Below, piece by piece: positions 16,163-25,672 of a DNA stretch of 37,190 nucleotides; position 1 is the first letter of the stretch, and every line of letters begins with the position of its first letter. The notes under the pieces were generated by a model. The model was not told the origin of the DNA. It did not search any database and saw only the letters and a list, made by a program, of their open reading frames with translations. Made by a program: the position numbers and the translations under genes. The DNA comes from a virus. The DNA lies in the IMG/VR virus record IMGVR_UViG_3300045594_000115, positions 1 to 37,190 of that record; one strand, written 5' to 3'.

Positions 16163-16174
16163 TAATCACGCCTC

Positions 16175-16993
16175 CTATGCGTATAGATTTTGGAAACCAA
16201 ATATTTTGACGGTGACAGGAACATTGCAGGTGATCTTATTCGGCTTGTCCGGTTGCAAAATAAAATAGGCTTTGTTCGTCTTGCTAACGATACTTAGCCC
16301 ATTTTGTGTGTAACTAAATCCGTTCAGTAAGATCACATCACCAGCGGCAACGGTGTTGCTAGAGGTTAGCTCAGTATCATCGATTTTGAACGACAATGAA
16401 GATGCCGACCCGGTTGCAGTTAGCTGAACGGTGAACCCTTGTTCGAGCTGATTGCATGGGACAGTTCCTCGGTATGGGACGTTGCTGCTAACATCAATAT
16501 CATCCGGTGGTGTTTCACCGTAAGGCAACTTCATCGTCTTGAATTCGGCAGTTAGCTTATACAAGAGTGTCCCATTGACATTGCCAACTAGCTCCATCTC
16601 AGGGGCTTCCGTATAGACTAGGAACCGCTTGTGTGACGGATAGTCGTTCAGCTTATCGTAGTAACCGCCAGACGTCTCACCCGGCCGTTCCATGGCCACG
16701 CTGGGCGTTGTTTTGAGCTGTGTAATGTAATAACCGTCAGGATCGGAAAGTAGTGCATACAGCTTCTCACGAAGCGCTTCTTCCTCGTCCATGTCATCTG
16801 CCCGATAGTATCCAGTAATATCAATCGTTTTGTCTGTATGCCAGCCTCCAAAATCAATATTGCCGTTCCGCTGATCAAGTTGCATATTGTTTCTAGTGAC
16901 TGATGGTGCCGATTCCTCAAATTCAGTTATTAGCACCTTGTATTGGCTTAGGTAGTATCGGCTACCATCTAGCTTTTCAACTAATAGATCCAT
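16175..16993 (-). CDS. Distal tail protein (Dit)
   Basis: 272 aa, located between the tape measure and Tal. Canonical synteny. Confidence 0.75.
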   Translation of the reverse strand: MDLLVEKLDGSRYYLSQYKVLITEFEESAPSVTRNNMQLDQRNGNIDFGGWHTDKTIDITGYYRADDMDEEEALREKLYALLSDPDGYYITQLKTTPSVAMERPGETSGGYYDKLNDYPSHKRFLVYTEAPEMELVGNVNGTLLYKLTAEFKTMKLPYGETPPDDIDVSSNVPYRGTVPCNQLEQGFTVQLTATGSASSLSFKIDDTELTSSNTVAAGDVILLNGFSYTQNGLSIVSKTNKAYFILQPDKPNKITCNVPVTVKIFGFQNLYA

Positions 16994-16996
16994 ATA

Positions 16997-19900
16997 CTAC
17001 CCTCCAATCGGTCGGAAATAGCTACTAACGGCTGCGTCATTGGCGTCTGCTTCCTTTACCATACTGTTGATTCCGTTCTTATCGACGTTGTTTTGAACGT
17101 AGATGTTTGGCGTTACTCGTTCGCTTGCATCAATTGACTGAGTGACGTCTCCAGAGCTGAACTGCGCGCCCGCGTTTGACAAGTTGCTGATGTTTGCCGA
17201 CATATTGTCAGAAATATCGCTTGCCATGCCAGAAACCGTCTTCTGAACAGCCCCGAATGAATTTTGCAGTCCTTGATTCAAGCCACCCATGATTGCATTA
17301 CCAGCAGGAATTAACAGCTTGGCATCATAGCTAATAGGCCCTTTGTGCTTGCGAATCCAAGAAGCAATCCCACCGACAAAGTCCTGAACCTTACCCCATG
17401 CTGCCTTCAAGCCGCTAAAGAAGCTGTCCATGATAGCACGTCCAGCATCTAGCAAATTGAAGTGCATTAATGCATTGAAGCCTTTTTTGATACCATTGAC
17501 GACATTTGAGACGATATTAGTAAACCCATTCCAAATGTTTCTGGCTCCATTGACAATGTTAGTAGCAGCGTTTATTACGGTTGACTTGATGTTGTTCCAT
17601 GCTGACGAGAAGAATGAAGTGATACCATTCCACAACCCAGAGAAGAATCCTGGCAAAGCATTCCAAATGTTTTTAGCTGTGCTTACGGTGCCATTCCACA
17701 ACCCAGATAGAAATGAAACGACACTATTCCAAATAGACTCAGCGGTGGAGACAATGCCATTCCACAAGCCACTGAAGAATGAACCGAGGGCGTTCCATAT
17801 TGCAGAAGCGCCCGAAACAATGCCATTCCAGACTGCTTCGATAACAGACGTGAATAGATTCCATGCCGTTTGGGCATAGGTAACAATGCCGTTCCAAATA
17901 CCGCTAAAGAATTGAACTAATCCCGTCCAAATTTGACCAGCGGCAGAGACAATGTTGTTCCAAATCAATTGAAGGTCTGAACTCAGGTTATTCCAGCCGC
18001 CACTAATGAAGTCAAGAATGATTAGAATTGGCCCCATAATTACTGACTTAAGCAGGTTCCAAACACCTTTTGCGATATTAACAATTCCGTTCCAAATCGA
18101 AGTTAGAGCTGGTCCGAAAGTATTCCAGATGTTAGTTGCCACGGATACAATGCCTTGCCATAGTCCCGAGAAAAATGAGCTGATTCCTCCCCAAACAGAA
18201 GTGGCAATATTGACAATGCCATTCCAGATTCCAGAAAGAAATGATGTTAGCCCATTCCAAGCACTCGTGGCACCATTAACAATGCCAGTCCATAAATTGC
18301 TGAAGAATGTAGTCACTGAATTCCAACCGTTTTGAACTCCCTTAGCGGCATTACTGAAAGTTTGAGTTATACCGTTCCACAACCCGCTGAAGAATGAAGC
18401 CAGACCATTCCACATACTCTTGAGTCCCGAAACAAATTCAGACCAAATCTTTTGGCCAGTTTTTGTTTTAGTAAAGAAATAGGTGAGACCCGCAACGAAT
18501 GCAGCAATTCCAGCAATCAAAAGTACCCATGGATTTATACCCAAGATAAATCCAAACGCTTTCCATACACCGCCGGCCGTTTTTACGATAGTCCCGAAGT
18601 TAGTGATAACGGATATAACGCCTCTAATAGGGCCAATCATTTTAGAAAAAACACCGAGAACGCTTGAAAATCCGCCAATGGCTAATCCAATTACTTTGAA
18701 AGCACCGACAGCACCAAAAATTTCCGCTGCAAATGATTTAACGATGTCGTTAGCAAACGCTGCTTTAACAATAGCTGCGATTGGCTTCAAAACAGCCACC
18801 ACTCCGCTTATAGCGACCTTAACACCGTCAAAAATTGCTTTCCATGGTAGATTAGCAATAAAGTCCCCAACGGCAGTCATCGCTTCCATTGCGGCTATTC
18901 CGAAATCTGTAACAGCTTTTTTGATTCCGTCAAATATTCCCGACATTTTCCCGTTACCAAATGCCGAATTAAAAGCATCTCCGACCTTTTGAGCAATACC
19001 AATTAGATTGACAAACGCAACATTGGCCAAACTACCAACTAGGCTCCAAATGGTTTGCAAAACGGACCCGACTCCTTGGAGAACGGAACTGAGTCCATTC
19101 ATCGAGTCGCCCTTCCCCAAGTTGCCTAGTTGTGTCTTGATGTTCAAGACCAATGCCGAAAATGGAGAAAAGAATTTTCCGATTGATGATATAACAGAAT
19201 CAAAATTAATAGCGCCAATCTTATCAATGATTCCATTAATGGCGCCAATAGCGATTTTAGACATTTCTTGCCATGCAGGTTGGAGCTTGTTCGCAAGAGT
19301 TTCCTTGAGACCATCCATGGCCTGACCGATGGTCTTGTAACTGGTGGCCATATTTTGGAAGGCTTTACTATTACCAACTTTAGAAACAGCATCGAAGAAG
19401 TCGGTGGTCTTAACCTTCCCATCTTGTATATTCTTGATGAGTTCTCCAACACTCATGCCCATCTGCTTTGCGACTGCGGCCATACCGGCTGGTGTCTGCT
19501 CAAGCATGAGGCGGAAGTCTTGCCATTGAATTGTAGGTTTGGCCGCCGCCTGTACGCTCTGTTGCATCAGGGTCTTCATGGCCTGTTGCGGGTTGTCAGT
19601 TGCTGCTGCCAGCCCGCCCATGCCTTTCACCAAGTTTCCGACCCCTTTCACCCCCACCGCAGCAAACTGCGAGTAAGCAGAAGCCATGTCGGAAGCAGAG
19701 TATACGGTCTGCTGGGCATATTTTTGCAGTGACTTTTCAACCGTATTAATTTGTCCCGGAGTTTTGCCGAGAAACTTCATATTACCTTCGAACGTCTGCC
19801 AAGCGGCGCTTGAATCGTTCAGTTCGGTGTACATGCCGCGAATGCCGTTACCGATTGCGGACATTGCTGAAGAGCCCACCTTGGCAGCCACGCCGAAGAG

Positions 19901-20047
19901 CGCCCCCATCTTGAGAAAACCGCCGCCGACTTTTTGGCCCATGCTAGATGCTGAATCCGTGCCAGCTTTTACGGATGAAGACAGTTTCCCCATGGCTGCT
20001 TGGAATGGCGCTATGTTTGCTGTGAATGTTGCGACTACGTTTGCCAT
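16997..20047 (-). CDS. Tape measure protein
   Basis: 1016 aa, Gly/Ala/Ser-rich with hydrophobic segments and WNGIV repeats. It follows the G/GT chaperones. Confidence 0.9.
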   Translation of the reverse strand: MANVVATFTANIAPFQAAMGKLSSSVKAGTDSASSMGQKVGGGFLKMGALFGVAAKVGSSAMSAIGNGIRGMYTELNDSSAAWQTFEGNMKFLGKTPGQINTVEKSLQKYAQQTVYSASDMASAYSQFAAVGVKGVGNLVKGMGGLAAATDNPQQAMKTLMQQSVQAAAKPTIQWQDFRLMLEQTPAGMAAVAKQMGMSVGELIKNIQDGKVKTTDFFDAVSKVGNSKAFQNMATSYKTIGQAMDGLKETLANKLQPAWQEMSKIAIGAINGIIDKIGAINFDSVISSIGKFFSPFSALVLNIKTQLGNLGKGDSMNGLSSVLQGVGSVLQTIWSLVGSLANVAFVNLIGIAQKVGDAFNSAFGNGKMSGIFDGIKKAVTDFGIAAMEAMTAVGDFIANLPWKAIFDGVKVAISGVVAVLKPIAAIVKAAFANDIVKSFAAEIFGAVGAFKVIGLAIGGFSSVLGVFSKMIGPIRGVISVITNFGTIVKTAGGVWKAFGFILGINPWVLLIAGIAAFVAGLTYFFTKTKTGQKIWSEFVSGLKSMWNGLASFFSGLWNGITQTFSNAAKGVQNGWNSVTTFFSNLWTGIVNGATSAWNGLTSFLSGIWNGIVNIATSVWGGISSFFSGLWQGIVSVATNIWNTFGPALTSIWNGIVNIAKGVWNLLKSVIMGPILIILDFISGGWNNLSSDLQLIWNNIVSAAGQIWTGLVQFFSGIWNGIVTYAQTAWNLFTSVIEAVWNGIVSGASAIWNALGSFFSGLWNGIVSTAESIWNSVVSFLSGLWNGTVSTAKNIWNALPGFFSGLWNGITSFFSSAWNNIKSTVINAATNIVNGARNIWNGFTNIVSNVVNGIKKGFNALMHFNLLDAGRAIMDSFFSGLKAAWGKVQDFVGGIASWIRKHKGPISYDAKLLIPAGNAIMGGLNQGLQNSFGAVQKTVSGMASDISDNMSANISNLSNAGAQFSSGDVTQSIDASERVTPNIYVQNNVDKNGINSMVKEADANDAAVSSYFRPIGG
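17500..18430. repeat. Tandem 66-bp (22-aa) repeats inside the tape measure gene, with Trp every 11 residues
   Basis: CCATTCCACAACCC recurs at 17625, 17691 and 17757 (period 66). The protein motif (F)[17 protein letters not shown] is repeated more than 10 times. Confidence 0.8.
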
Positions 20048-20502
20048 TAGCTACCACCTCCAAATGCGGCATTGAGTTTCTTAATCATTTCGACATCAGG
20101 CTTTCTTTCTCGATTGCCACTGCGTTTGAGTACCTTTTGTTCGGCTTTGTCAATGTTCTTGTAGCCAACCTTGACTGACCGTTTAGGATTCTTTGCATTC
20201 TGAATGTTGGCAATGTTGACAGCAAGCTCCATCAGATCGCGCCGCATATCAACATCACGCAAAAAAGACCCTTCCAGCATTGAACGGGCTTCCCACATGT
20301 ACAAATCGAATGGCATATTGGGATCATATATCCCATGCCGAGCAAAATCGGTTAAGAGAGACTCTTCTTCATTGCGTCCAGGGTATCCTTGGTCGCTGCT
20401 TCTTGAATCTTCTCTTCGGCTGTCTTGTTCTTCTTGTCCGTCAATGCTTTCCCGTATTTTTCGGTCAAGTTCAGCCAACGTTGTGCTGCGTGTTTGAAAA
20501 AA
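20047..20502 (-). CDS. Tail assembly chaperone, T segment (expressed as a G-T fusion by -1 frameshift)
   Basis: The -1 frame is open from the slippery site through 20047. Its stop overlaps the tape measure ATG (TAATG). Confidence 0.6.
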   Translation of the reverse strand, partial: FFQTRSTTLAELDRKIRESIDGQEEQDSRREDSRSSDQGYPGRNEEESLLTDFARHGIYDPNMPFDLYMWEARSMLEGSFLRDVDMRRDLMELAVNIANIQNAKNPKRSVKVGYKNIDKAEQKVLKRSGNRERKPDVEMIKKLNAAFGGGS

Positions 20503-20792
20503 CCAGATTCATGAAGCTCCTGCTCAACTTCTTTGAACAGTTCCTGCGACTTACCGTCTTCTTCGGCCTTGTCGAGTGCGTCCATGATGTCATCATCTGT
20601 GTATGACTTCGGTAACAGCACGCGTAATGCTTTGAATAATGCCATATCATCATCAGTCACGAATGCCAGCCAGATTGAGCTTGCACCATCGTTGGCACCT
20701 TCAGCGGAGCTGTACAGTTTGTTAGCGCGGAACAACGCACGGAAATTGAACTTTGCTTCTACAGGTTGATCTTTTACTTGAATTTCTAACAT
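20352..20792 (-). CDS. Tail assembly chaperone G
   Basis: 146 aa, located between the major tail protein and the tape measure. It overlaps the -1 frame ORF. Confidence 0.75.
   Translation of the reverse strand: MLEIQVKDQPVEAKFNFRALFRANKLYSSAEGANDGASSIWLAFVTDDDMALFKALRVLLPKSYTDDDIMDALDKAEEDGKSQELFKEVEQELHESGFFKHAAQRWLNLTEKYGKALTDKKNKTAEEKIQEAATKDTLDAMKKSLS
20496..20502 (-). promoter_or_regulatory. Candidate -1 programmed frameshift heptamer U UUU UUC
   Basis: In the G frame the codons are GGT TTT TTC (an X XXY YYZ pattern). The -1 frame then reads [15 protein letters not shown]... with no stops. Confidence 0.55.
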
Positions 20793-20855
20793 GAATATCC
20801 TCCTGAATTGTCGTCTCAGATCGGCCGTAGCCTACTCGTCTCTGTGTGTGACTAA

Positions 20856-21488
20856 TTAAGCGTGAGAAGTGGTTGTGGTGGTTGACGTTGCAGATCCATC
20901 TGCAAACTCGCCGGCTTTTTCGCCAGGGCGTTCGAATGCGTAGAGCTGATGTAGCATTGCAACTTGTGCATCAGAAAGAGGGAACGTTCCCGGCGTGCCA
21001 TCTTCGTTTTTGTCAGCAAGTTTGCCGATAATGTTTAAAGTGAAGTCAATCTCGGAGAAGCTATCTTCGTCTGAGATGTCGGCACTATCAACAACACCAT
21101 AACCAAACATTGCCGGATAAGCTTTGTGGTCACCTTCTACAACGGCCAGACGTTCATCGACAATGACACGCCATACTTTGACCTGTCGGCCTTCGTGCTT
21201 GGCGTCAATGATGATTTCATGTGCTTTATCGCCCGGAACCATGTAAGTTGTAAGCTCAATGCTGTCTTCGTTGGTGGATGCGGCAATGACACGACCCATC
21301 TTGGTTTGCTCATCAAGAGAATCACCTTCAATGTTTGTGTCGCCGGACTCTTGGTGAGCTGGCAAGATTGCAGGACTGCCAATTGGTGCCACTGCTGGGT
21401 TAGTTGATTGGATGAAGTACCAAACATCTTTACCACGATATGGGGTGTCTTTTACAAATTCGATTCCGTTGTTTACTGGAATTGCCAT
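20856..21488 (-). CDS. Major tail (tube) protein with a Thr-rich C-terminal tag
   Basis: Position upstream of the chaperones and size of 210 aa. It ends ...DGSATSTTTTTSHA*. Confidence 0.8.
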   Translation of the reverse strand: MAIPVNNGIEFVKDTPYRGKDVWYFIQSTNPAVAPIGSPAILPAHQESGDTNIEGDSLDEQTKMGRVIAASTNEDSIELTTYMVPGDKAHEIIIDAKHEGRQVKVWRVIVDERLAVVEGDHKAYPAMFGYGVVDSADISDEDSFSEIDFTLNIIGKLADKNEDGTPGTFPLSDAQVAMLHQLYAFERPGEKAGEFADGSATSTTTTTSHA

Positions 21489-21490
21489 AA

Positions 21491-21856
21491 TTAATAGTCT
21501 CCTTCTAAAGTAATGAGAAGCATACAGCGACGCAATGGTGTGCTATCGCCCATGCTTGTGTCGATTGAATTAGATGCCGTTAATGACTGCCATCGTGTCA
21601 CTTTGCTAAGCGACCATTTCACCTTGCGAACGAAGTCCTCCCATTCAGCCGGTGGAGTGTCGATACTGTCGTAGATGTCGATCTGCTGGCCAACGCTCGA
21701 AAGTGTCCCTGTCTTGGATGACATGTCAGCATCAACGTGAACATTCACAAAAACTAATGGTAATGTGCTCTTAGCGTTTGGCTGAACGAATACAGTATTT
21801 AGCCCGTCAGCTGTCAATTGTGTTTGAACATCTTCGTACCATTGAGAGAGTGTCAT
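21491..21856 (-). CDS. Tail terminator / tail-to-head joining protein (assigned by position)
   Basis: 121 aa, located directly upstream of the major tail protein in an SPP1-like gene order. Confidence 0.55.
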   Translation of the reverse strand: MTLSQWYEDVQTQLTADGLNTVFVQPNAKSTLPLVFVNVHVDADMSSKTGTLSSVGQQIDIYDSIDTPPAEWEDFVRKVKWSLSKVTRWQSLTASNSIDTSMGDSTPLRRCMLLITLEGDY

Positions 21857-22227
21857 TTGAACGTGGCTGCCTCCTTCAACTTGTCAATTGTCGTTTTAAT
21901 GAACAACGATTGTGCCGCTGAAACGGCCGGACGAATGAATGGCTCGGCTGACATTTTGTAGGTGCCAAATTCAACAAAGGAAGAATAATCAGCCTTGGCA
22001 TTAACACTTCCAGTCACAGATGTAGCTGTCTTCTTAACTGGCTCAACACTAATGTTGTTTGCCATGTATCCGGTTCTTTTTGGTGCCACCTGTTTTGCTG
22101 TTGCTTGTACCTGACCGGTAGTGACCTTCATCGCTGATGATGCGGCTTCAATAGTCGCTTCCGCTGTCGTGCCTAGTTCTTCCATCAATTTATCGAGTCC
22201 AGACCATGTGACATTGGTATTAGCCAT
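21853..22227 (-). CDS. HK97 gp10-like tail component
   Basis: The sequence ...KRTGYMANNISVEP...ADYSSFVEFGTYKMSAEPFIRPA resembles the HK97 gp10 family. The start was moved to the ATG at 22227, which follows GGAGGTG. Confidence 0.65.
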   Translation of the reverse strand: MANTNVTWSGLDKLMEELGTTAEATIEAASSAMKVTTGQVQATAKQVAPKRTGYMANNISVEPVKKTATSVTGSVNAKADYSSFVEFGTYKMSAEPFIRPAVSAAQSLFIKTTIDKLKEAATFK

Positions 22228-22516
22228 TGCTTGCACCTCCAGACACGATAAACACGGTTGACTTGCGATTCACAAAAGTCTTGTTGATTGTCAATTTGAC
22301 ACCATCAAGCTCAATCTCGTTCACAGGCAGTGCGGGATTCTTTACGTAAATCTCGTAGGCCATGGTGTTCACAAGTCCGTATACAGACAACTCTTGTGCA
22401 CTGGTGATTGGGATTGTCAGGCAAGTGACTGTCTCGCGCGTCTCTGTTGGCCTGTCATGCAATGGATCAGCCGGTGGTAACTTCCTGATGAGGGTGATTC
22501 GATTGTTGTATCTCAT
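22220..22516 (-). CDS. Head closure / head-tail adaptor protein
   Basis: 98 aa. Synteny after the gp6-like connector. TAATG overlap with the upstream gene. Confidence 0.65.
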   Translation of the reverse strand: MRYNNRITLIRKLPPADPLHDRPTETRETVTCLTIPITSAQELSVYGLVNTMAYEIYVKNPALPVNEIELDGVKLTINKTFVNRKSTVFIVSGGASNG

Positions 22517-22878
22517 TACACAAACCTCATTCCCGGTCTTCGGCTTTGTGATGACTCACGATAGACGTCAAGGCCGTCAGCATATTTAGACAGATCAATG
22601 GTTTCCCATGTATTTGATACATTGCCCTCACCGCTGGCCGTTTTGCCTTCGTCACCAAGGCGGTTATACATCTTTACCACAACGTCCTTGATTACCCATG
22701 TGACCGCATCCGGAACAGTCTGGTTAACTACACCGTCTTGGTTGATATAAGCCAGCACGCGAGCATTCACGTCATTAATAAGGTCGTTTAGCAAGTCATC
22801 TTGCAGCGTATCGGTCAAACCGATGCGAAGTTTCACACTTTTCAAAACATCTGCATTAGTATCTGAATCAGCCATCAT
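22516..22878 (-). CDS. gp6-like head-tail connector protein
   Basis: MMADSDTNADVLKSVKLRIGLTDTLQDDLLNDLIND... is a typical connector N-terminus. The ATG overlaps the stop of the GT-like ORF (ATGA). Confidence 0.7.
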   Translation of the reverse strand: MMADSDTNADVLKSVKLRIGLTDTLQDDLLNDLINDVNARVLAYINQDGVVNQTVPDAVTWVIKDVVVKMYNRLGDEGKTASGEGNVSNTWETIDLSKYADGLDVYRESSQSRRPGMRFV

Positions 22879-23753
22879 TTCACCGCCTTTACTGCTTGCA
22901 CATACTTGTATGAGCACTTCGACTTGTCGACGAAACTCAAATCATCTTCAAATGGCGTGTGATTAACGTACTTGCCTTTGAAGAACAAGCGTTTGTCATT
23001 CACTGTCACGCCAGCATTGTGCATGATCTTGGTTTCATTCCATCGCTTGACTGGATCAGTAGCCCAACAAAAATCGAGCTCATCACTGATGACGGGCCCG
23101 ATGTTGAAGTACATCATGTTCCAAAGTTGCGACCACATTTCTGCGGTCCATTTCTGAATATTGCTGTCGACTGTCTGCAAATATTGCCACAGTCGGTTGC
23201 TGTCGGCATACACCTTGCGCCAGTATTCTACTGACGGGTGACTGATGATCCACTGGGCACCACCGGAGTTGTGATTGATCGTTTCAAGCGAGGCCAACGT
23301 GACTCCGACAATGTCAGCCATGCGTTTCAGGATATCTTCTCCGTGTTCGCACTGCTTGATATAGTCAACGCTGATGTAGCTCAACGTGTTGCTGCACAAC
23401 CAACGATCAGTCTTTGCTTTCAGCTTGCGGAAGTCAGGCCGTTTTCGGAAGATGACATCGCTATCGAAATAGAAATAGTCCTTGTTCTCACGCTCAGGAT
23501 CTTCTGCAAGATATTGCCACCAAAGCCAAGGCTTCACAGATGGAATATATTGCTTGTCTGAGCGCTTGTCCGTGTACGTGTGTACTTCTACTCCATATTT
23601 GATTGCAAGCGTTTCTGGCACCTTAGAATCATGCATAGTGAAGAGCAAAACGACATCTTTCATGTCAAACCCGACACTTTGCAGATTGGTTAGGCAGACT
23701 TCCAACTCCCACTCAAAACGCTTAATGGCAGGTTGACACAAAATAAGCTTCAT
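22875..23753 (-). CDS. Putative GT-A-fold (DxD) glycosyltransferase embedded in the head-tail operon
   Basis: GGAGGA RBS before the ATG at 23753. An N-terminal beta-strand MKLILCQP is followed by YFYFDSDVIF, which resembles the YLDxDxxV motif of nucleotide-sugar transferases. The fold call is not verified by alignment. Confidence 0.5.
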   Translation of the reverse strand: MKLILCQPAIKRFEWELEVCLTNLQSVGFDMKDVVLLFTMHDSKVPETLAIKYGVEVHTYTDKRSDKQYIPSVKPWLWWQYLAEDPERENKDYFYFDSDVIFRKRPDFRKLKAKTDRWLCSNTLSYISVDYIKQCEHGEDILKRMADIVGVTLASLETINHNSGGAQWIISHPSVEYWRKVYADSNRLWQYLQTVDSNIQKWTAEMWSQLWNMMYFNIGPVISDELDFCWATDPVKRWNETKIMHNAGVTVNDKRLFFKGKYVNHTPFEDDLSFVDKSKCSYKYVQAVKAVK

Positions 23754-23821
23754 TCTGTCCTCCAATCAGCCGCCCGGTTTCCCGTACTGTCCTATTTCGA
23801 TAGGCGACTTAGATCAATTAA

Positions 23822-24739
23822 TTAAGCGTGTGAAGTTGTCGTTGTGGTAGATGGTGCCACAGTCGAAGTCGTAGTAGTTGCTGACGTGCCGGCAGTGAAG
23901 ATTGCCTGACGGTTGTCATCGCTGATCCACTGGCCTGCCTTACCGGCACCTTGCAAAGCAACGCCTGCAAAGTTCTCGGATTGAATCGTCCGAACAACGT
24001 TGATGCCAGTGAATGCACGGCCAATGTTGTCAGGCGAGAAGATGATGGCCTTGCCAGCCATGTAACGGGTAGGCGTCTTGGTAACAACGATGTCACGGAA
24101 GCGAACAATGCCGTTTTCATCAATGTTCACAGCGGAACCTTTGTAGCTGGTTACCAATGTGTGGTCGATGATTGCGTTGTAGACTTCGGCAGTAACGTAT
24201 GCACGAACCGGGACAACAACTTCAAGATTCGTGTAGCGTTCTGATGCTGCTTCGAATACCTTGTTGACATCTTCAACACCGCCCAAGTCAGCGGCCGCAC
24301 TTGCAACCAAGTAAGCACCCAATTTGCCGTTGAACAGACGTGTCTTAGCTTGTGCTTGCAAGTTCAGGCGGTCAGCAACAGCAGAGTTCAAGTCTGTGTT
24401 GACAGTGAACTGATCAATGCCTTCGTTGAAGCTCCAATTGAAGTCGTACGGTACATCAATGTCGCTGTATACGATCTCTTTCATTGGCCCAAAGCGGTTA
24501 GAATTGCTGGTGCCAGAGCCAAACGCAACGTTAGGGTCAGTGTTGTAGTTGCCAACAGCAACGGGCACATCATTTGCCTTAACACTGAACGCAATCGCGT
24601 TGTTTTGAATGCCATCGAGTGCTTGCAAATCACCAAATGTCGGTGTGAATGTGCTTTGCACGCCGAAGACGGTTTGCATCATTGCAATGAACTGTTTCTG
24701 ATAGAGACGTACTGGTAAATTGTTGTTTTCTGTAGCCAT
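23822..24739 (-). CDS. Major capsid protein with a Thr-rich C-terminal tag
   Basis: 305 aa, located directly after the scaffold gene. It ends ...SATTTTSTVAPSTTTTTSHA*. Confidence 0.85.
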   Translation of the reverse strand: MATENNNLPVRLYQKQFIAMMQTVFGVQSTFTPTFGDLQALDGIQNNAIAFSVKANDVPVAVGNYNTDPNVAFGSGTSNSNRFGPMKEIVYSDIDVPYDFNWSFNEGIDQFTVNTDLNSAVADRLNLQAQAKTRLFNGKLGAYLVASAAADLGGVEDVNKVFEAASERYTNLEVVVPVRAYVTAEVYNAIIDHTLVTSYKGSAVNIDENGIVRFRDIVVTKTPTRYMAGKAIIFSPDNIGRAFTGINVVRTIQSENFAGVALQGAGKAGQWISDDNRQAIFTAGTSATTTTSTVAPSTTTTTSHA

Positions 24740-24752
24740 AACTAGCTACCTC

Positions 24753-25304
24753 CTATTTTTTCTTGTATTGTGACATGATTTTCTTGAATGGATCGTCGGC
24801 ACCATCAAGGGCAGAAGCGCCATTCTTAGGTGGGTCGGTTTGCAGCTTGGATTCCACCTGCTTATTGACCGTTTCCTGAATTGTCTTTTGAATGTTCTCA
24901 ACAGCCGTCTTGATCTTGTCAGCATCACCCAACGCTACTAAAGAGTCGGCAAAATCAGTCGGCAGTCCTTTGTCAACGAGTAATGACTTCGTGCTTGTCG
25001 ACAACTCGCGCTGATTGAGTTCAGCCTCACGCTTATCTAGTTCTGCCTGTCGCTGTTTCTCAAGCTCTTTAGCCTTTTCATCTTCGGTCATCTTAGCAAG
25101 CCTAGCGCCTTCACTCTTTGCGTCCTCAAGTGCCTTGGCTTGTTCCTCTTGCCACTTAGCCTTGGCTGTTTCAAGCGCCTTAGCTGCACGCTTATCGGCC
25201 TCACTGTCAAGCTGAGACTGCGTATATGTGGTAGGTGCCTGAGTAGTCGTTTCAGTTGTCAGAGTTGATTCAGTTTCTTCCTTAGTTTGTGTTTCTTCTG
25301 CCAT
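24753..25304 (-). CDS. Scaffolding protein
   Basis: Highly charged E/K/A-rich coiled coil of 183 aa, located upstream of the capsid gene. Confidence 0.75.
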   Translation of the reverse strand: MAEETQTKEETESTLTTETTTQAPTTYTQSQLDSEADKRAAKALETAKAKWQEEQAKALEDAKSEGARLAKMTEDEKAKELEKQRQAELDKREAELNQRELSTSTKSLLVDKGLPTDFADSLVALGDADKIKTAVENIQKTIQETVNKQVESKLQTDPPKNGASALDGADDPFKKIMSQYKKK

Positions 25305-25453
25305 GATGGTTCCTCCTGTTTAGCCAAAAACGAATAGACGTGCTTAACGACCCCAGCCACGCCACAAGGCCCAGCCACGGTCACACGTCCATCACTTCAC
25401 GCTTATTTTTGAGTAGTTTAGGGACTTGCTCAGGTCACGATACTATTTTCTAA

Positions 25454-25663
25454 TTAATCGCCAGAATGGTAGTTTGCTGTTAAGACGTTGGTAGCAATTT
25501 TATGTGCTTCATCTTCGTCTGCACCGTTCTCAACTGCACGATCATGAACCGTCATGTATAAATCGGTTGCCATTTTGTAATACTGCTCTTCCTCATCGTC
25601 CATAATGAGCCCCTCTATCGCAAAGCTTGTGTATTTTCCAATGTCAATCTTTTTGTCTGCCAT
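25454..25663 (-). CDS. Acidic hypothetical protein, 69 aa
   Basis: GGAGGGAG RBS. Located between the head morphogenesis and scaffold genes. Confidence 0.6.
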   Translation of the reverse strand: MADKKIDIGKYTSFAIEGLIMDDEEEQYYKMATDLYMTVHDRAVENGADEDEAHKIATNVLTANYHSGD

Positions 25664-25672
25664 GGCTCCCTC

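Noticed and set aside
17500-18430. Regularly spaced 66-bp repeats considered as a possible CRISPR-like array
   Set aside because: The repeats are contiguous and degenerate, with no unique spacers. They lie in frame within a 1016-aa ORF and encode the WNGIV motif. No cas genes are present.
17430-19732. Series of plus-strand ORFs (149, 109, 169, 105 and 154 aa) within the tape measure gene
   Set aside because: The repetitive, stop-poor tape measure sequence creates long antisense frames. The translations are Pro/Phe/Ile-rich repeats mirroring the 66-bp repeat. None has a start context.
23818-24123. 101-aa alternative-frame ORF inside the major capsid gene, with plus-strand ORFs at 23951..24718
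   Set aside because: These are embedded in or antisense to the capsid gene. The Arg/Leu/Ser-rich translations have no start signals.
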